Shown here one piece after another: positions 59,751 through 64,000 of a stretch of 64,000 bases of DNA (its first letter is position 1; the number at the start of each line of letters is the position of its first letter). The DNA comes from Salinivirgaceae bacterium (GTDB lineage: Bacteria > Bacteroidota > Bacteroidia > Bacteroidales > SZUA-534). A model generated the notes under the pieces. It was not told the origin of the DNA and ran no database searches. It saw only the letters and a program-made list of their open reading frames with translations. A program made the translations under genes and the position numbers. The stretch is taken from positions 32,001-96,000 of the forward strand of contig JAKSOL010000003.1 of assembly GCA_024405635.1 (NCBI GenBank), read 5' to 3'.

Positions 59751-62700
59751 TTAGAATTTGACTTGAATATTGAAACCAAATCTGCGGCTTGTTGGGGTTG
59801 AATATAACTCACCAAACATTCCTTCAAGACCAGTACCGTATGATGAAACATCAGGATCGATATAGCAGTTAGATGCTGGTGTCCAAGTAAACAAGTTGCT
59901 TGCTACGGCAGACAGACGTATGTTTTGCAAACCGATTTTTGATACAAGATTTTTAGGCATATCGTATGATAATGATACATTACGCAATTTGACGAACGAA
60001 CGGTTGATTAAGAATCCTTCGCCGCCAATGTTTCCGCCAAGGTCGTACCAACTTTGAATACCTCCATTATATTGTGTAAGTGGAGTTGAGTTTTCAACGT
60101 ATTCACCACTTTCAGCGTCAAGCACTACTGAGTTAGGAATTACAAAGGCTTGGCGGTCGTTGTATGTTGACGAAATGCCGTTGCCAGTAAATCGCATCAA
60201 ATCGCTTGTGCGCGAGAACATGTAACCGCCCATACGAATATCAAAAGCACCGCTAAGTGTTAAATCTTTCCATCTAAGAGAAGTGTTAACACCGCCTGTC
60301 CATTTGTTCATTGCACTTTTGCCTGTAGCAACAACATCGTTTGTCATAACAGGTAAACCTTGCTCGTTTACAACCATTTGACCATTTCCTTTAAACTCTT
60401 TGTTTAAATCTAGGTTACCCTCGGCGTTATAGTCATATTTCAAGTTTCCAGCATCGTCAACGTATTGTGTACGGTAGGTGTAGAATTGACCCATCGACTC
60501 GCCAACAATGGCTTTCATATATACTGCAGAATTTGATGTTGAGAAGTCTTTGATTGCATACTCACCATTCAATTCTTTTGGCAACTCAACTACCTTGTTA
60601 ATGTTTTTATTATAGTTGAACGACAAATCCCATTCCCAATCTTTGGTTTTAACTGGAGTAAAGTCAACCATTAACTCAATACCCTTATTGCTTACTTTAC
60701 CATAGTTGCGTGCAATGAATATATAACCAACTGCAGGGTCGCAGTTCAAAATCATAATTTGATCATCGGTATTTCGGTTGTAGTAAGAAAGGTCGAAACC
60801 CATACGGTTGTTGAAGAATTTCATCTCAGTACCCAACTCCCATTCTGTTGTCATCTCAGGGCGCAAATCTGAAGAACCCAAAGTGTTTTGGGTTTTGTAA
60901 GAGTTGGTTCCGTTATTCATTGGGAATTTTGTAACCTCGCTAGTATAAATGGTATTAGAATAACCAGAAACAAATGTTTTGCCTGTTTTGTAAGGATCAG
61001 CATCGTTACCAGTTTTACCAAATGCTGCACGAACCTTACCAAAGGTGATGTATTTCTTAACATCGTTGTTGAGCAAGGTTGTGAACAAGAAACTTGCTGT
61101 TACACCTGGATAGAAGAAACTATTGTTTTCTTTTGGTAGAGTTGATGACCAGTCGTTACGACCTGTAATGTCAAGATAAATCAAATCGTTGTAACCAAGG
61201 TTAATGTCGGCAAACAATGCGGTTGAGCGACGTTTTTCTTGTTTCTCAGTTGCTGGCTTTTGTGTTCCTGCATTTGCTAAATGCCACCAACCACTTTCAA
61301 TTGTAAGGTCGCTACCTTCTGCTGTCATTTCGGTATAGAATTGCTCGTTAATGTTTGAACCAACTACGGCAGACATGTCAATTGCACCAAACTTTTTGTT
61401 GTATGCTGCCATAATATCGTGGTTGGTTTCGTATTCGCGATGATATTGTGCGTAAATAGTACCCAAGTACATGTTATCTCCTGATGTCGATGGGTTGTCT
61501 GTTGTGATTTTTGCTTCGGCGGCTTTGTCGTCATAATCCAAATAGTCGAAACCAAAACGATAGGTAAATGTCAAGTCTTGCATTGGAGTGATGTCGGCTT
61601 GAAGTTTACCATACAATTTCTTTTGGTTCATTACCTCATAGTTGTTTTCAATAGCCCAATAAGGGTTAGTGATACCATATTCGGTAAAGTATGCCAATGG
61701 TGTATTAAATGGAGATGAAAGGTCTTTCAAATCGGCAACGCTAATGTTACGAGGCATTTCATACAAACCATCAATCACTGTTGTTCCTTGGTCGGTTGGA
61801 ACTGAACTTGTGCGTGAAGTTGCAAGGTTAATTGATGAAGAGAATTTAATAAACTCGTTGCATACATGCGAACCGCGCATTGCAAAAGTATTACGTTCGT
61901 ATTTGTCTTTTGCTCCAGGAATAATACCATCGTCTGATGAACGGCTATATGACAAGTAGTAGGTTGATGCTACTTGACCTTCTTCGTTAACTGAGCGTCC
62001 TGAAACTCCAATGCCGAAGTTCTTGGTGTAACCTGTTTCAAAGAAATTCTTTACGTTGTTTTTAACGGCTTTGAATTGTTGCATCAATTGTGCGTTTTCG
62101 TATTCCGCGCCATAAACACGCCATGCACCGTCCATTGCTGGGCCCCACGATCCGTTCTCGTCAAGAGTACGAACACCATTCCAACCTTGACCATATTTGT
62201 CTTGCATTTGTGGAAGGTTGGCTACGCGGCTCATTTGAATACCTGCGTTTGCTTCAACCTCAAAACCACGTTTTGCTTTGCTACCGTTTTTGGTTGTAAT
62301 GATAATAACACCATTTGCAGCACGAGAACCATATAGTGCTGTTGCGGCAGCACCTTTTAGGATGTTCATGCTCTCAATGTCGTCTTGGTTAATGTTGTTA
62401 GAACCTGCACCCTTTACACCATCACCGTTATGAGACTCAACGGTGGTTGTTTGAATTGGCACACCATCAATAACCCAAAGTGGCTCGTTGTTTCCAGTAA
62501 GTGAACTACAGCCACGAATGCTGATTGATGTTGCTGCTCCTGGTTCTGTACTTGTAGATGCTACGCTAACACCTGCAACACGTCCAGCTAGTGCTTCTGA
62601 CACGTTTGCGCGTGGAACAGATTGTATGTCTTCTGATTTAACAACTGAAGTGGCAAAACCTACAGCTTTTTCAGCTTTTGTAATACCCAATGCGGTAACC

Positions 62701-63020
62701 ACAACTTCTTCCAAGTCGGTTGATTCTGGTTCCATTGTAACATTGAATGTTGTTTGAGTGCCAATGGCAATCTCTTGCGAAACCATACCGATGTACGAAA
62801 ATACCAATGCTACTGCATCTTCTGGTACTTTTAAAACAAAGTTACCATCAATGTCGGTAATGGTACCTTGTGTTGTTCCTTTTACAAAAACGTTAACACC
62901 TGGCATTGTTTCACCGTCTTCGGCGGATTTTACAACACCAGATACCGTTTTGGTCTGTGCATTTGCCACTTGAAAGCATAGGAACATTAAGCTCACAAGT
63001 AACATCACATACTTCTTCAT
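59751..63020 (-). CDS. SusC/RagA TonB-dependent transporter
   Basis: EVVVTALG, PLWVIDGVP, LKGAAATALYGSRAANGVIIITTK, C-terminal F. Confidence 0.96.
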   Translation of the reverse strand: MKKYVMLLVSLMFLCFQVANAQTKTVSGVVKSAEDGETMPGVNVFVKGTTQGTITDIDGNFVLKVPEDAVALVFSYIGMVSQEIAIGTQTTFNVTMEPESTDLEEVVVTALGITKAEKAVGFATSVVKSEDIQSVPRANVSEALAGRVAGVSVASTSTEPGAATSISIRGCSSLTGNNEPLWVIDGVPIQTTTVESHNGDGVKGAGSNNINQDDIESMNILKGAAATALYGSRAANGVIIITTKNGSKAKRGFEVEANAGIQMSRVANLPQMQDKYGQGWNGVRTLDENGSWGPAMDGAWRVYGAEYENAQLMQQFKAVKNNVKNFFETGYTKNFGIGVSGRSVNEEGQVASTYYLSYSRSSDDGIIPGAKDKYERNTFAMRGSHVCNEFIKFSSSINLATSRTSSVPTDQGTTVIDGLYEMPRNISVADLKDLSSPFNTPLAYFTEYGITNPYWAIENNYEVMNQKKLYGKLQADITPMQDLTFTYRFGFDYLDYDDKAAEAKITTDNPSTSGDNMYLGTIYAQYHREYETNHDIMAAYNKKFGAIDMSAVVGSNINEQFYTEMTAEGSDLTIESGWWHLANAGTQKPATEKQEKRRSTALFADINLGYNDLIYLDITGRNDWSSTLPKENNSFFYPGVTASFLFTTLLNNDVKKYITFGKVRAAFGKTGNDADPYKTGKTFVSGYSNTIYTSEVTKFPMNNGTNSYKTQNTLGSSDLRPEMTTEWELGTEMKFFNNRMGFDLSYYNRNTDDQIMILNCDPAVGYIFIARNYGKVSNKGIELMVDFTPVKTKDWEWDLSFNYNKNINKVVELPKELNGEYAIKDFSTSNSAVYMKAIVGESMGQFYTYRTQYVDDAGNLKYDYNAEGNLDLNKEFKGNGQMVVNEQGLPVMTNDVVATGKSAMNKWTGGVNTSLRWKDLTLSGAFDIRMGGYMFSRTSDLMRFTGNGISSTYNDRQAFVIPNSVVLDAESGEYVENSTPLTQYNGGIQSWYDLGGNIGGEGFLINRSFVKLRNVSLSYDMPKNLVSKIGLQNIRLSAVASNLFTWTPASNCYIDPDVSSYGTGLEGMFGELYSTPTSRRFGFNIQVKF

Positions 63021-63183
63021 AAACTTTTTTAGTTTTTTAGATAAATTTTTGTTGCTATCGCGCAAATTTATAAAAAATAGTGTTAAGCCTTTGTGTTTAC
63101 TTTCAAATTTGCATCACGTTAAGATTTTCTCTTACAATTCTTTTTGTTTTTTAGGAGATACAATTCAAGTTGTTTTTGTCGAT

Positions 63184-64000
63184 TTATTTTATTGGCTCAA
63201 TGTGTATTATTACTTGTGTTGAGTCACCGTATTGGGTTCGCAACTTTTGCTCAATTTGCTTTGTTATTTCGTGCGATTCGTTAACAGTCATTTCGCCATG
63301 CACGCGCACGTGAAATTCAATGGCTATGCTTGCTCCAATTCGACGTGTTTTTAGGTTGTGTAGGTCGCTTAAACGGTTGTCGTTCATTACGATGCATTCA
63401 ATTTCGTCTTCTTGTTCTTTTGGAAGCGAGCGCTCTAAAAGTTCGTTTAGACTAGGGATTATAAGGTCGTATGAAACTTTTATAATTAGGGCGCCAACAA
63501 CAATGGCGGCAAGAGGGTCGAGTATGCGCCATTTTTCGCTTAAAAAGAATGCTCCACCAATGCCTAAAAGTGTACCAATTGACGAAAAAGCATCGCTCCG
63601 GTGATGCCACGCGTTTGCTTTAAGTGCTTGAGATTCTGTTTTGTTTGCAACCGATATGGTGTACCAATAAAGTATTTCTTTTGAAATGATTGACACTACG
63701 GCAGCAACCATAGCAATAATACCTGGCCGGTTAAGTGGCTGCCCGTTTATGTACGATGCGATTCGTTGAGCATTGCTTGTGAATATACCTATGGCTACGC
63801 CTGCTAACATTAATCCAATAACAATGGTTGCTAGTGTCTCGTATTTTCCATGCCCGTAATCGTGGTCTTCGTCTTTAGGTTTTGCCGATATTTTTACAAA
63901 TACCAAAACAATGATGTCTGTTATAAAATCGCTTGTTGAGTGTATGGCGTCGGCAACCATTGCTCCGCTTCGTCCTAAAATTCCGGCTATAAGTTTTCCT
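63184..64000 (-). CDS. Cation diffusion facilitator transporter (5' end beyond the window)
   Basis: DAIHS.SD, YGHGKYE, AWHHRSD, IHIEP. Confidence 0.93.
   Translation of the reverse strand, partial: GKLIAGILGRSGAMVADAIHSTSDFITDIIVLVFVKISAKPKDEDHDYGHGKYETLATIVIGLMLAGVAIGIFTSNAQRIASYINGQPLNRPGIIAMVAAVVSIISKEILYWYTISVANKTESQALKANAWHHRSDAFSSIGTLLGIGGAFFLSEKWRILDPLAAIVVGALIIKVSYDLIIPSLNELLERSLPKEQEDEIECIVMNDNRLSDLHNLKTRRIGASIAIEFHVRVHGEMTVNESHEITKQIEQKLRTQYGDSTQVIIHIEPIK

Overview
Chromosomal window from an anaerobic Bacteroidales-type bacterium (TAnnTTTG promoters, SusC/SusD, Y_Y_Y sensor, zapA-6S-rny). Most of it is housekeeping backbone: ung, glmM, ruvX, def, der, era, murB, paaK, a UvrD/PcrA helicase, an SNF2 helicase, leuB, rny, wbpEDB/rmlACB, and a BT2261-2264-like SusCD locus. 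A five-gene heterodisulfide-reductase-like Fe-S operon lies at 33182-38054. There are three accessory patches. (1) 1-4880: the tail of an AAA ATPase, then a repeat-flanked DUF3791/DUF3990/DUF3791-like cassette, a ~200-nt rod-shaped inverted-repeat element, and an AT-rich TerB / coiled-coil membrane protein / vWA lipoprotein operon. (2) 22737-26985: an island with no integrase, bounded by a 265-bp duplication of the paaK 3' end. It carries pdxS-pdxT, a divergent ThiD/PdxK-fold + AraC fusion that appears kinase-dead (candidate vitamin-B6 sensor-regulator), and a higBA module with a frameshifted toxin. (3) 29572-31315: an internally deleted IS982-like element followed by TfoX and acyltransferase genes. 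All family assignments come from motif recognition by eye; no database searches were run.
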